From assembly GCA_013115125.1 (NCBI GenBank), contig JABANN010000368.1, positions 1 to 34,764 of the forward strand: 34,764 bases of DNA, given 5' to 3'. The notes under the pieces were generated by a model. It was not told the origin of the DNA, ran no database searches, and saw nothing but the letters and a program-made list of their open reading frames with translations. The position numbers and the translations under genes were made by a program. The first letter of the stretch is position 1. The number at the start of each line of letters is the position of its first letter. Shown here one piece after another: positions 1 to 11,511 of the stretch. Source of the DNA: Perkinsus olseni (Eukaryota).

Positions 1-1619
1 TTTTTATATATGTTTTTTCTCCATGCTTGATTACCCCGTATGCCAAGTTTCAGACCCCCAATCGCAATAAATTAAAAGAAATGAGGAAAAAACGCGATGT
101 GATATAATTTTGTGGAAGGGTTTAGTATCGGTCACCGTTTCTCCAGTCGTGAACAGTTAGCCATTCTATGCGTCTAACTTCCCCACCGTATGCTAGACTC
201 ATCATTAGAGGGATAAAAGCTTGGTTGGCGAGGCGCATCGTGAAGATTTCGAGCAAGAACTGGAGGGAGAAGTCGAGTGAGCTCTGACCCCGATAAGCGA
301 ATCAGAGCCGCGCAATCGGGGATTCACGGGGAAACTATAAACGCTCGATATCAGGGGCGGGCGAGCATGGAGTACACTGGTATTTTTTGCTCGAAGAAGT
401 AAGCCCTCGTCGCTCAGTGGCAGAACTGGTCTGTTCCCGGGCTTTCCTGCCCGTTCATATGTGGTAGAGCGGTTGTCTTCGCTCGTAGACTGGCACACTC
501 TCTTGTAGCCAGGGCTGCAGTCGTTTATAAGCAGATGATATTTGCTACTGTGGGCTAGCGGAGTACATCTCATACTACGGAATTTCCTAGCTCGAAAATG
601 TATGCTTTCGCCCACCCTCCGACTGGGCTGCGACTCGGTGCCCGGGGAACCGTGCTCTCGAGCATCGTCGTCCGAGTCCACAGTTGCTCTCAGGTGACTA
701 CTCATCTCAATTGTCCAGTTGTGGAATCGGCACAGCATGAGCTCTCAATTCGCATGCCACCTCGTCGACCTATAATCGGAAAAGCTCACCTTAAACGGGA
801 CAGTACGAACGAACTAAGGGACCCGAACTACGAACTGATGGCACGTCGCGATCGAACAGAGAAGGCGTGTGGTCGCTGTCCCAGCGGGTCTGCCGCGGGC
901 CCTCGCTGAAGAAATAAAGCAAGACGCCTCTCAGTTATAGCGAGATAGCAGTCGTTAGCGAAATTTCAATCAATTTGAAGCCACCAAGAGCCCCAACATC
1001 TCTCTTCTTGGGTCAGCGACCTACGAAGACCTACGGATACATGTCATGTCAGCTCGTGCATACGGGACTCTGCAATACTTTCTGCAGGGTGCAACTTCTC
1101 AATCTTAATTCTCAGTCTTCGCTGCGTCATCGGCGATGACTCATCAGTCGGTTTGAGTTTCCACATTCTATGCTTGGTAAGGTCAAGGGAATCACAATGC
1201 TATGAGTAAACCGAGTTAGTACCGGTTTAAGACGCCAACTTGTTTGAATGCTCGAGATCAATCCAGCTTCTGTGACCTTTCTAACTGCGCAACGCGGAAT
1301 CTTATCTTCATCGTACTAAAACACACAACGGACACAATAGTACGATCACACCATATCACATAACACTGTACAGGACACGTAACCGATGGCTGCTAACCAT
1401 ATCCAAACGACACAAGGGAATGATTACACAGCGTATGAATGTAATAACGTGACAACTAATCTTGAAGACAGTATATTAACACAGAGTCGAATCATAATAG
1501 ATCATAAATAAACGGGACTATATCGTGACACATATACTGGACAATCAGCATCGCATCGTAGTCCAACTTGTAGTCGTCTTACAGAGATTGATACTTCGGT
1601 GACCCAGTGAAGATTCTTT

Positions 1620-2425
1620 TCAGTCCAGAAAGGGGGCCTTTCTTCTTGCCACGTGGGGAGACCTTCCATGGCCTCTCTCGATTTCGCCCGGGGTGGGAGG
1701 TCTACAGTCCCAGTCTCTCAGATTAGAATTACCGACCACACGACCGCGCAGACCCACGCCGCTGTCTTCGGGCTCGAGGATAAGTCTATAGGTCATGAGC
1801 GGGGCAGTCGAGCTTTCGACAATAACCGAGAGCACATCCCCCACTCCGTAGTAGGTGAGTTTGTCCATCGTCTTAGCTACATCATTCAACGGCTCTGCGT
1901 TCACGCGTTCGACCATACCGTCCTTCACATCAATCTCAAGTTTCATAAATCCGGTATTCTCACCAGAATACGTACCGTCCTTGTCAAGGACTCTTTGATC
2001 TCGGAAGCGTCAAAACTACCAGCGACACGGAACTCATGGTTCTTACACATTTCTTTAAGGTCCGCAGCTACTTCTGGGTCAGACGGGTCGAGAGAGATGA
2101 AGCATTCCCGCCCCTCGTTGGTGACCAATCTTGCAGAGAACCACGTCTGCCGCTGCGTCTCGGCTTTTACATGATTTATCCTCACATTTCGGACAGAGAA
2201 AACGTTCAAAACCGTGGCATATTGTGTCGCTGGTATGCATTGGAAACCGTTGTCCACCGTGGCAGAGGGTCCAGTGCGCAACATGGAACTCCTTTCTTTA
2301 GGTTCAATATAGTATCGATCACCGGTGTTAATATTCGTAGAGAACAGCCATTCTAATGGTCTACCGCCGTTACCGCGGGCTAGAGTGGCCGTCAGAGAGA
2401 AGAGCAGTTGGCTGAGGAGACGCAT
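1620..2425 (-). CDS. Secreted hypothetical protein, at least 2 exons (2425-2047, 1999-1620)
   Basis: ATG at 2425 gives a signal-peptide-like start, MRLLSQLLFSLTATLARG. ORFs 1943..2671 and 1620..1946 join in frame through a 47-nt intron at 2046-2000 (GTAAGA...TTTGAC...TTCCGAG), giving ...DLKEMYQRVLDKDGTYSGENTGFMKLEIDV... The intron size matches others in the window. An AT-rich 3' flank follows (1300-1610). Confidence 0.7.
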
Positions 2426-3491
2426 CGTGGAGATGTTCGGCAAAAACTGGGGGAAGAAGGCAAATGACCTATGAGTGAAGTTCTGGTGCGATTTCCGGGA
2501 TTTCCGGAAACTTATAAACGATCGAACCAGAGAGCGTGGCCCAGGGCGACTCACCCTTGCCGCAGGCGCACATAAACTCCTCAGGAATTCCCTACTCAAC
2601 GGAAAGGGTCCTCCTCCGACTACGTGGACACTCCTTCCCCATAAGTACGATAGCTCTCGAGCAACGAGCATACCAGTGATCTCTCTATCAGTGTCTCTAA
2701 TACTCTCTCTTGAAATTTGGTATGAAACGAGAATCGATTACACAGAATTTGACGGACGATGGAACTCAGGGTGATAGCAGCGTTGTGTGATGGCTTCATT
2801 GTGATGTTCCATAATGATGGATAGTCCCCGGGCGGTTCTGATCTCGAGTACATAGATGTCTCCAGGCGTGGAAAGGAGAGAGGACACTCTGTGCCTGCTG
2901 GAGATTCCTGCGAGAGCTATGCAACTCCGTACTCTGGAGCTGAAACCCTAACAATAGCGATGATCGCACCGAGCCTGCCGGAAAGATCCCACGGCGAGCA
3001 AAGTTTCGCTGGCCCGCGACCAATTCAATGATGCAAACTCGAGCGCCTTGGGCACAATCCGCCTTGTAGTTACCGACCGAGTCGCCTGAGGCCATGGATC
3101 AAGAAAGGTTCGAAGCTCGGTGGGGCTTCCCGATACAGCGCGGACAGCAAGCAACCGAAGCACCTAATTGGCATCTGCATTAGAGTATAGATTGAAGCGC
3201 AACAGCCTCTCCGCGGGCAAAGGCTTATGTTACTGAAGGGGCGAGCTCTAAAAATGAGGTCCCAATCGCTCTCACTTAAACTCAATTTCACAAGCGAGCG
3301 GAAACTCAGAGAAAAATTTTGGTTGTCGTTCGAGTGCTCGGCTGAGAGTCATTATTCTCTACCACTGATCTAGATAGCAAAACAAGCAATGAGTCGACTC
3401 TGAGCTTCGGCTGAGCAGCTTTCTTCATCTAGAGACTCGGCAGAAGTCCAGCGAAGGTGGACCCCCCTGTTCAGCACAGAGCCAGCAGCGC

Positions 3492-4724
3492 CTAAAGGTC
3501 ACTCTCGTCACTGTCGTAATCGGAACCGTAAAGTTCTCGTTCTTCCTCCTCCATGTACTCCAGATGGAATCCATGGTCCTCGTGACGGGTATACTTGACG
3601 TAGTGTCTGAGCTTCATAACAGAGTATCCTGCGCAGTAAGTGACCCTGTTGCCGCGTACAGCCTCACGTCTACCACGAATAGCTATATAGGCCTTCCAGT
3701 CATCGCTTATGCTTAGAGAGCAAATTTTTTCATAGCCAAAGCACTCATACTCACAGCGAGGGAGAAGACCCTCGGGGCAGTGACACTCTGGTGGTGCCAG
3801 GACGGCATCCTTGTACATATCGTAGACGAAAAACATCTCGTCACGCTGACCACCAAACGAGCCAGCGCAGACCCTCCCGTTGGTGAAGGGAACGAAGCGG
3901 CACGTGATGGCCTTGTGCCCGGGGGACTCGTTGACAATACCCATCCCCTTCCTCCAGAGACAGAGCTCACCCTTGGAGTTGCCCTTAGTATAGAGAATAT
4001 GGGTTGGACGGCCCTTATCCATAATAGCGTCTTGGAACACAGGGTCAGGGATGATGAAGCCAGGATCCCACTCGTCCTCGTCGTCCCAGATTGATAGACG
4101 ATCGAGATCACGTGTGAGCCTGATCACCCTCTTGAATTCACGACTTTTCGGACTGAGCATGTATAGCCAATCAGTCTCAACACCGACGAGGAAGAGGTAG
4201 CCTTTCACTGCCTTCAACTGGTGGCACAGTTCGGGAAGCTCCATAATCGCCGGGGCGGATGGTCCTCGCATCACAGGTCTTCTGAGAAGATGGGTGGGGT
4301 CATCCGATAGGATGTAGTATAGCTGACCATTCACCAGACAGCCGTACTCGAGTACACCTTCAAGGCGGCAGACAACCTCGGGCGGCATCTGGCTAACATC
4401 GATCATAGGGACCTCGTGAGGAGGATTGAATCCTGCAAACAGAGGCTGAGGATGAACTCGAGGACCGCCTTGCAGCCGCGCAGCGACGATGGTACTCCCG
4501 CCGACAACACCTATGATTTCACGTGGCTCGACTGTCGTAGAGTAGTCTGATTCGAGAGGGACAAAATCGTTAGCCAATCTGGTACCATTTATGTGACCAC
4601 ACACATTGGGGTAAGTAGGAGGGAGGTAGCTCCATACAGGATTCACCAGATCGTCGCATTTATCACCGAGGCAGCTATGAAGAGCCTTCAGTCTCGCCGC
4701 GGCTAGAGTGGGAGCAGTGGACAT
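3492..4724 (-). CDS. Array copy 1 (distant paralog): N-terminal F-box-like motif, probable beta-propeller, acidic tail; ~410 aa, intronless
   Basis: Long ORF with likely ATG at 4724 (MSTAPTLAAARLKALHSCLGDKCDDLVNPVWSYLPP). It shares RLKAL...WSYL, CLVNGQLY and CRFVP with the array family. It ends in EEEERELYGSDYDSDESDL. Confidence 0.8.
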   Translation of the reverse strand: MSTAPTLAAARLKALHSCLGDKCDDLVNPVWSYLPPTYPNVCGHINGTRLANDFVPLESDYSTTVEPREIIGVVGGSTIVAARLQGGPRVHPQPLFAGFNPPHEVPMIDVSQMPPEVVCRLEGVLEYGCLVNGQLYYILSDDPTHLLRRPVMRGPSAPAIMELPELCHQLKAVKGYLFLVGVETDWLYMLSPKSREFKRVIRLTRDLDRLSIWDDEDEWDPGFIIPDPVFQDAIMDKGRPTHILYTKGNSKGELCLWRKGMGIVNESPGHKAITCRFVPFTNGRVCAGSFGGQRDEMFFVYDMYKDAVLAPPECHCPEGLLPRCEYECFGYEKICSLSISDDWKAYIAIRGRREAVRGNRVTYCAGYSVMKLRHYVKYTRHEDHGFHLEYMEEEERELYGSDYDSDESDL

Positions 4725-5779
4725 GTTTAAAATGAGGCTTTGCCACAACTGGTGGTTTGAGAATTGAGGGATGAAAGCAATCACCCCGGCGTCTCTCAGG
4801 GGTTATGACTTGCTGGTCGCGGACATCGGCTTTCCCAATAGAGTTCGCTCATTCATACACGCAAGGTTTAAAGACTTACTGCGAACATTTGGAGACATTC
4901 TACATGAATTCTTTTCGATATGTTCTCCACAAAAGTGACGCTAATAGATCGGCTGTGAACTGTGGACTCGATCACTCAACCACACATCGCCAGACCGCAC
5001 AGTCTCAGGAAAGGGCAATACCACCAAGTCCAAAATACAGTATGCTGCGTGGTTAAGTATGAGGGCGTACTTCGATTAATAGGATTAGGTCATTGCAAGC
5101 GCCCAGGACGGTCCATCCTTCGAGGCACCACACAACAGCTGAGCGATATAGAATCTCAGCTCAGCATGACGCTCGTGAATGACTAGAATGTCGAGCTTTG
5201 CGTAGCCGAAGTGATGCTTGAACGAGCCAAGCGGCGAAAATAGACAAACACACAATAGGAGAGGACGACGCTCCATAAAGCTGAACGAACGAGGCGAATC
5301 GCCACACAGCTGCAGCTAATGTTCGACCCTCGCTACTGCATCGATTTGACACTGTATCACAATTTATAATGTTCTTGTAGATAGAATCTCAAGATTCCAC
5401 TGAATATTTACTGCGTGAGTTCATGATGTGAACACATGTTTCGGTAGGAGGGCGGATCCGAAGTGGCCCATCATCCTTTTGTTAGCGAAGGATGATCATC
5501 ATGATCCATCTCGGCCCAACTACGTAGGCACTTCTTCACGACTAGTCCGATCATTCTCGAACAACGAGCGTTGTATATTTAGTCCATTCGATTATGGACG
5601 GATGAAGGAGCGGCTCTCTACGCGTTGGCTGTCAAACGCCCAATATGGGGCATCAATTCGAAGCCAAGAGCACATTGAAAACCCGACACCGGCAGGAAGA
5701 GAGAGGCAGAGAAATAACACCTTGCGAGCTTCATACGAATGTGAGAGACGCTAAAGTTAGCAATAGTACATGGCATACA

Positions 5780-6823
5780 TCACCCGGTCGAAAAATGAAC
5801 TCGTGAGGCCATCACTGTGAAAAGTGGGTTATAACCACCACCGGTCTTTTGGTGAGTCAGAACTACAAGGCCGCTCTGGGTAATCGCCAGATAGCGGAAG
5901 CAGCTGAGCTGTTGGTCTTGACCACAGTCCTCAGAAGGGCGCAACGTAAAGAGCACCGACATGCTCCAGATATCCAACAAACTGACAGAGGAAAAGCTCT
6001 TGCAATACGGTCGGGCAGCAACACATACTAGCTCGTCGTAGGAAGGAACGAACTTGCACATGTCGGCGGGCTCGTACGGTTCGATACTTCCATTACCATT
6101 GAAGTCAACAAAGTGGATGTAATTTCTGTCATCTTCGTACAGCACGCAGACGAGTTGAAACTTATCGTCATCTCTCGCTATTATGTCGATATCACAGACA
6201 TCACCCGGGATATCTGCAACGACTTCCCACTTCACACTATCTATGGGACAGTGGATGTCGAGAACCGACTGGTCGAGGGAAGCCCCGGGCGGAGCCAATT
6301 TTGTTCTGTACAGCTTGCGATCCTTGTACCCGACCGTGAAAAGCTGTCCATTAGACACACATGTTGAGTCGCACAGATAATTGTCGGGACCGCCTGATGG
6401 CGAGGGAATCCACCCCATACTATCCCCACTGGAGAGCGATACGCGCATGATACAATCTGGCCGAACATCTCGATCATAATAATATAAAAACTCGCCATCC
6501 GTACAGATTCTTGAAGACTCAGTATAAACATCAAACTCATCAACCACCACCGTCATGCCGTCGCTCTCGATATCATGACCGCTGATTGTCTTGAGTTCCG
6601 GAGCTTGATCCGGCTCAACACTAAGGAGGATGGAGCTCCGGCCGAGTGAGTCCATCCCAGCTATATAGCCCTGGCGATCGACTGTGTAGAGGGGTGATAA
6701 GGCCGGCCTTGGAGCCGCCAGAAAGGACCATGTGACCCAAAGGAGGACACCCTCCGACGAGTCGTACGTGTGGTTCAGCACATCAAGACGCAAACAGACC
6801 GCGGAGCGTTGCGACGGTTTCAT
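5780..6823 (-). CDS. Array copy 2: F-box-like motif plus probable beta-propeller, 347 aa
   Basis: Intact ORF carrying the family motifs AVCLRL, WSFL, GMDSLGRSS, VVVDEF, ICTDG, CVSNGQLF, WEVVAD, CKFVPSYDELVCVA and DIWSMSV. Confidence 0.9.
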   Translation of the reverse strand: MKPSQRSAVCLRLDVLNHTYDSSEGVLLWVTWSFLAAPRPALSPLYTVDRQGYIAGMDSLGRSSILLSVEPDQAPELKTISGHDIESDGMTVVVDEFDVYTESSRICTDGEFLYYYDRDVRPDCIMRVSLSSGDSMGWIPSPSGGPDNYLCDSTCVSNGQLFTVGYKDRKLYRTKLAPPGASLDQSVLDIHCPIDSVKWEVVADIPGDVCDIDIIARDDDKFQLVCVLYEDDRNYIHFVDFNGNGSIEPYEPADMCKFVPSYDELVCVAARPYCKSFSSVSLLDIWSMSVLFTLRPSEDCGQDQQLSCFRYLAITQSGLVVLTHQKTGGGYNPLFTVMASRVHFSTG

Positions 6824-7254
6824 TGTTGCTTTTGAAGCTGGAGAACAAGAGCCTGTAACGGATGCATTATCCCGAAGGCGTACGGAACATGAAGATTATA
6901 TATACGATACTGTCTTCCCTAACAGAATCTCTCGAAAACCCTCTAAGAATGTGCGACTTATCAATAGTTGGCATTCACTGAAAGGCCTGCCCCTTTCACA
7001 CCTGCCTTGAGTACCATCCACGAGAAGTGGCGAGCTCATGCAGACTTGTTTTCCGCTGTAAACAATGGGAAAGGGGAACCGAGACAGAATCCCAGTAGCA
7101 GAGGCTAGAGTCGTTGCAATAGCCATCCCCGACTCGAAACCCAAGACTAATTGCGTGTGGAGGAAACAACAACCTAGTAAAGCAGGGACTGTACTGACGT
7201 TAGTCGCGCAACGAGCACCGAAAATAGAAGATCCTGACAGTACAGCATCGATTC

Positions 7255-7284
7255 CTCAGTCGCAGACACATCGCGGGACGCCGA
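7255..7284 (-). pseudogene. Isolated relic of the family N-terminal motif (RRPAMCLRLR)
   Basis: 27 of 30 nt match 25382-25411 (start of copy 13) by manual alignment. No continuous family ORF follows. Confidence 0.6.
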
Positions 7285-7679
7285 ACCGCGACTACTCTAT
7301 ACATTCCTCCATCGGCATCTTCCCCAATAGGGGTTGAAAAATCCATAACGACAGGACGACTACAACGACTTTCAAGGCGGCCGCTTTCATCCACTACCGA
7401 TCTGGCCTAGATTACGGATTATCAATTGTACAGAAGTTTTCATGTGCCCTGACCCAGAGGCACCACGTGGATGTGGGCATATCCATTTCGAGTCCGCTGG
7501 GACTCCCCAACTCCTCACCGAGTGAAAAAAAATGAGGCAATACTTTTCCAATTGGCTGGTCGATTCGACCTGGTCGAAGGCAATCCCTTGGTAATACGAG
7601 CTCATCAAGGCATAGCAGTGGGCCACTGCCAGCGACCCACTGGAATTGTCATAGAGAATCGCAGTTGTGAATTGTTATG

Positions 7680-8750
7680 TCATGAGATGGAAAATCTCAT
7701 AGGGAATCGCAGTTGTGACACTACGACATCAAACGTTGGATCAACAAGGTAGGACTTTTGCTGAGCAAGAACGACGAGATCGTTCTCCGTGACACCCAGA
7801 TAGCAGTAACATCCGAGGGAGGCATTCATTGCAAATTCAGTCAGGGACGGTAGCGAGCATACCACAGACATCGACCAGATATCCACCAAACTGATGTCCC
7901 ACAAGAAAGCATCGCGAGGCGATCGGGATGCAACACATACAAACTCATCATGGGAGGGAATGAACTTACACATCCAAGCATCGTTGTAGCGTTTCAGAGT
8001 CTTGTTGCCTCCGAAATCGACATAGTAAAGGGAACGATCTCCTTCCTTATCATTATGAACCACACAAACGAACTGGAACTCATCTTTATCTCTCGCTATC
8101 ACGTCGATGTAGGAAGCGCCAAACGGAAGATCTGCAACAGGCTTCCACTCAACACCGTCCATGAGATGATCCACATCGGTGACCAATCGATCCACATCAT
8201 CACCGACGGGAGGTAGGACCGTCCTGAATAGCTTGTGATCTCCGTATCCCACCATGAAAAGTTGTCCATTGGACAAACAATTTGTTTCCGACAGGTTGTA
8301 GTATGAGTCCTGGCCAGGCGGAGAGGGAAACACAACTACGCCATCGCCATTGGGGAGGGACATACGCGCCACACAGCCTCGCTCCGCATCCGCATCAGAA
8401 AAATAAAGCATCTTGCCGTCGGTGCAAATACTCATAGGGAGCCTGTCCACTTCCAACTCATCAACCACCACTTTAAGGCCATCGACCCCGACATCGTGGC
8501 CGCTAATCACACGTACATCTTCACCATCTGCTGGCTGGACACTAAAGACAACAGAACTTCGGCCCCATGAGTCCATCCCGGATATGTACCCCCCGCGCTG
8601 GACAGTGTAGAAGTGCGATAGAGTAGGACTTGAAGTGGCTATGAATGACCATATGGTCAACAGAAGGTCGCCCTCCGATAAGTGACAAACCTCGTTGAAA
8701 GCTCTCAGACGTAGAGACAATGCTGAACGGCGAGACAACTCGCTTGTCAT
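7680..8750 (-). CDS. Array copy 3: F-box-like motif plus probable beta-propeller, ~356 aa
   Basis: Intact ORF. ATG at 8750 (MTSELSRRSALSLRLRAF) chosen by analogy with paralogs; an alternative ATG lies at 8774. All family motifs present. Confidence 0.88.
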   Translation of the reverse strand: MTSELSRRSALSLRLRAFNEVCHLSEGDLLLTIWSFIATSSPTLSHFYTVQRGGYISGMDSWGRSSVVFSVQPADGEDVRVISGHDVGVDGLKVVVDELEVDRLPMSICTDGKMLYFSDADAERGCVARMSLPNGDGVVVFPSPPGQDSYYNLSETNCLSNGQLFMVGYGDHKLFRTVLPPVGDDVDRLVTDVDHLMDGVEWKPVADLPFGASYIDVIARDKDEFQFVCVVHNDKEGDRSLYYVDFGGNKTLKRYNDAWMCKFIPSHDEFVCVASRSPRDAFLWDISLVDIWSMSVVCSLPSLTEFAMNASLGCYCYLGVTENDLVVLAQQKSYLVDPTFDVVVSQLRFPMRFSIS

Positions 8751-9673
8751 CTCGGTGAGGACTGTAGAAGCCATTGACGAGATGTCTGGATAAGCCTTAT
8801 TGTATGACACGTCTGCCACCCCTCCGGCCAGTAAGAAGCGTCAACTCAACACGATGCACTTTCTCATAGTCTAGTGATTAGACTCTAGTCCCGCCGTTCA
8901 TGAGACTGGAACTTGGGTTCGAGCTGCGATTCGCAATGGCGTTGAGAGGTTGTTGTTGTTGCACAACCGATCTATAACGGAAAGAAACAAAAGCAACCAT
9001 CGAGGAAAAACCAGAACAACCGGACTGAGCATTCGCCGTCCTCATGAATCCCCTCAGCGACCCCACGAAGAGAGTGGAGCGACCCCACGAAGTTATAGAC
9101 ACCATCACAAAATACGAGGACGTGATGATCGCTAGTGTAATCAGGCCGTAGTGATGTCTCTCTACACAACTAGTGCCTGATTGGTCAATACCAGTCTCCC
9201 TACTTATGCGATTGGACTGCCTAAAGATACGAGTGCAGGGCTTCTGCACTCATAAGACCATCAGGAAAGAGGCATCGCGAAGTGCTCATCACTAGTCATT
9301 TTCGTGCACGCTGTCATCATCATGAAGGGTGATCATCAGCGGCGATCACTCGGTGGCACGCATGTTTTTCACCGAATTGAGTTTTGTTGATTGAGAATCT
9401 GCTGCAACATATGCTATCGCGGTACACATTCCACGCGGCAATAGCATTGCAGCGGGCATGCCGACGAGACGTTTGTCAGTAGTGAACTCGCCATCTTCGA
9501 TTAAGCTAATGAACCGCGACTCACTGGGCAGGAAGGCTGGTAGTAAACGCGACACAGGTCGTCATATGAATTGATGCGATCATAACAACCATGCTATAAT
9601 AATCACGAGGCCCTCATGGTGAGGGTGTGATGATCGAGTCAACTTCTAATCGAACGCGTGGGCATTCGGTCAA

Positions 9674-10732
9674 TCACTGGAGTTCCCAGACCATTATTTC
9701 GAAGAATGGGTTCGCTGACCTTTGCTGACCAACAACCGCAAGACGGTTATCCATGGCAGCTAAATACCAGGTCTCTCCGAACTTTTTGTACTTTCCGATG
9801 CCTCCTGGACGGTCCAGCACGAAGAGCACCGACATGGACCAGATATCTACCAAGCTAATCCAAGGAACGTCGGAGGAGTCGAGGCCGCCAGCCACACACA
9901 CTAGCTCATCATTGGAAGGAACGAATCTACACAGCCATGCGTCTTCGAAAGGCTCGAGGCTTTCATTCCCTTCATAATCAACATGGTGGACGTAGGTCGC
10001 GAAGTCATCGGGGTCGGCTTTACGGCCCACGCAGACTAACTGGAATCTACCATCACTCCTAGCTATCACATCCATACCAGTAACGACAAGTTTGATATCA
10101 GCAACAGCCTCCCACCCAAATCCGTCGGTGTAGCCACCTCTGCCAAAGACTGGTTGCTCATCATGTTCACTGAGCGGAGATAGTCTAGTTCTGATCAATT
10201 CATGGCCCATTGCCGCGAAAAGACACCCATTTGACACACAGTTGAGTTGTGTGAGATAGCTCGTGCTTGGCGGGACAGGAATCACTTCCACACAATCACC
10301 ACTGGAAAGGGACACACGAACCATGTTTCGTCGGTTCGATTGAGGATAATATATGCAGTCACGATCAACACAAATACTTATTGTCCTCCCGTCCACTTCG
10401 TCGAACCTATCAGTCATCACCCCAAACTTCTCATCGTCGAAATCATAAGAGCTGATCAGCATAGCCCTGGAGCGATCTGAAAGAATGCTCAGCACAGCGG
10501 AACCTCGCCCGAACGTGTCCATCCCGCACACGTATCCCTCGCGTTCGGCAGTATACACGAGAGATAGGGTAGGCATTCGAGCCACGAGGAATGACCATGA
10601 GGTCCACAGAAGGCCGCTCTCTGATGAGTCACATCTCTTCCTGAGAGCGCTTAGACGGAGACATACCGCGGTGCGCCGACCCGATTGCATAGACATTCTC
10701 AAAGACTGTCGCGAAAACGCTACACTTCGCAT
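9674..10732 (-). CDS. Array copy 4: F-box-like motif plus probable beta-propeller, 340-352 aa
   Basis: Intact ORF with RRTAVCLRLSALRKRCDSSESGLLWTSWSFL. The real start may be 10696 or 10690. Confidence 0.88.
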   Translation of the reverse strand: MRSVAFSRQSLRMSMQSGRRTAVCLRLSALRKRCDSSESGLLWTSWSFLVARMPTLSLVYTAEREGYVCGMDTFGRGSAVLSILSDRSRAMLISSYDFDDEKFGVMTDRFDEVDGRTISICVDRDCIYYPQSNRRNMVRVSLSSGDCVEVIPVPPSTSYLTQLNCVSNGCLFAAMGHELIRTRLSPLSEHDEQPVFGRGGYTDGFGWEAVADIKLVVTGMDVIARSDGRFQLVCVGRKADPDDFATYVHHVDYEGNESLEPFEDAWLCRFVPSNDELVCVAGGLDSSDVPWISLVDIWSMSVLFVLDRPGGIGKYKKFGETWYLAAMDNRLAVVGQQRSANPFFEIMVWELQ

Positions 10733-11511
10733 CGATGAACATGAATGACCTCGAAGGCAAGCTTGACTAAATTGTCTTCGGGCAAGGACAAAGCCTCATT
10801 TCGCTCATGACCCTACTATCTGCCTCCCAATGTCTCCGCACGCGACACGAAGAATGATGGGAAACTGTTTCACTCGTGACCAGAGGTCAAAAATCGCAAA
10901 CCCCGACATCTAGCTTTCTCCTCCGCGAACTAACACCCCATGGAGCAAACATGTCGCAGGATGTTGAGTGCATTCTACAGTGCGTCACATTATCTCACAA
11001 TATGCCTCAATAATGTGATACAATGACGACTAGTTGAAAGCTCATGCTTGGGCATGTTATGTATAATGCTGTTATAGCAACGGTGATCCACACCATGTAC
11101 CTTGAGATTCATATACGGGGACTGCCATGTCGGCTGTCAAATAACTAAAATCGTACCATGAGTAGCGACTGTTACACGGAGGAGCAGAGATTCTGTGTGC
11201 TTCAGAGTGGCTAAATTGCCCTTCACTTTAATGAGGCCGGGGATCACCCCAGTACCACTTTGGCAGTCATTCATCCATGTGTTGTTTGTCAATGACCCGT
11301 GCTAAGAAACTCGGCCCTGGGAAAAGACTCAACTATGTTATAAAGGGTGAAGATATACTGGGCTGTTAGCCGATTCGAGAACACGAGAACTAAGTTATAA
11401 CATACACCAGCTGTAAGAGGGAAACCGAGACTTCCTTACATGCTAATGGTAATCGCGAAAATCAACAGTTCCAGGGGATGGAATACCACGGAAGCCGTAA
11501 CACAGCTATCA

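Noticed and set aside
205-909. 177-aa minus-strand and 103-aa plus-strand ORFs
   Set aside because: Ser/Arg-rich composition with no recognisable domain, so there is no support either way.
1943-1946. ATGA overlap suggesting a bacterial-style operon or programmed frameshift
   Set aside because: A 47-nt GT-AG intron explains it and the window is clearly eukaryotic.
2738-3430. Possible spliced minus-strand gene with a 45-nt intron-like segment near 2948-2992
   Set aside because: I could not build a consistent start-to-stop model or recognise a product. RNA-seq is needed.
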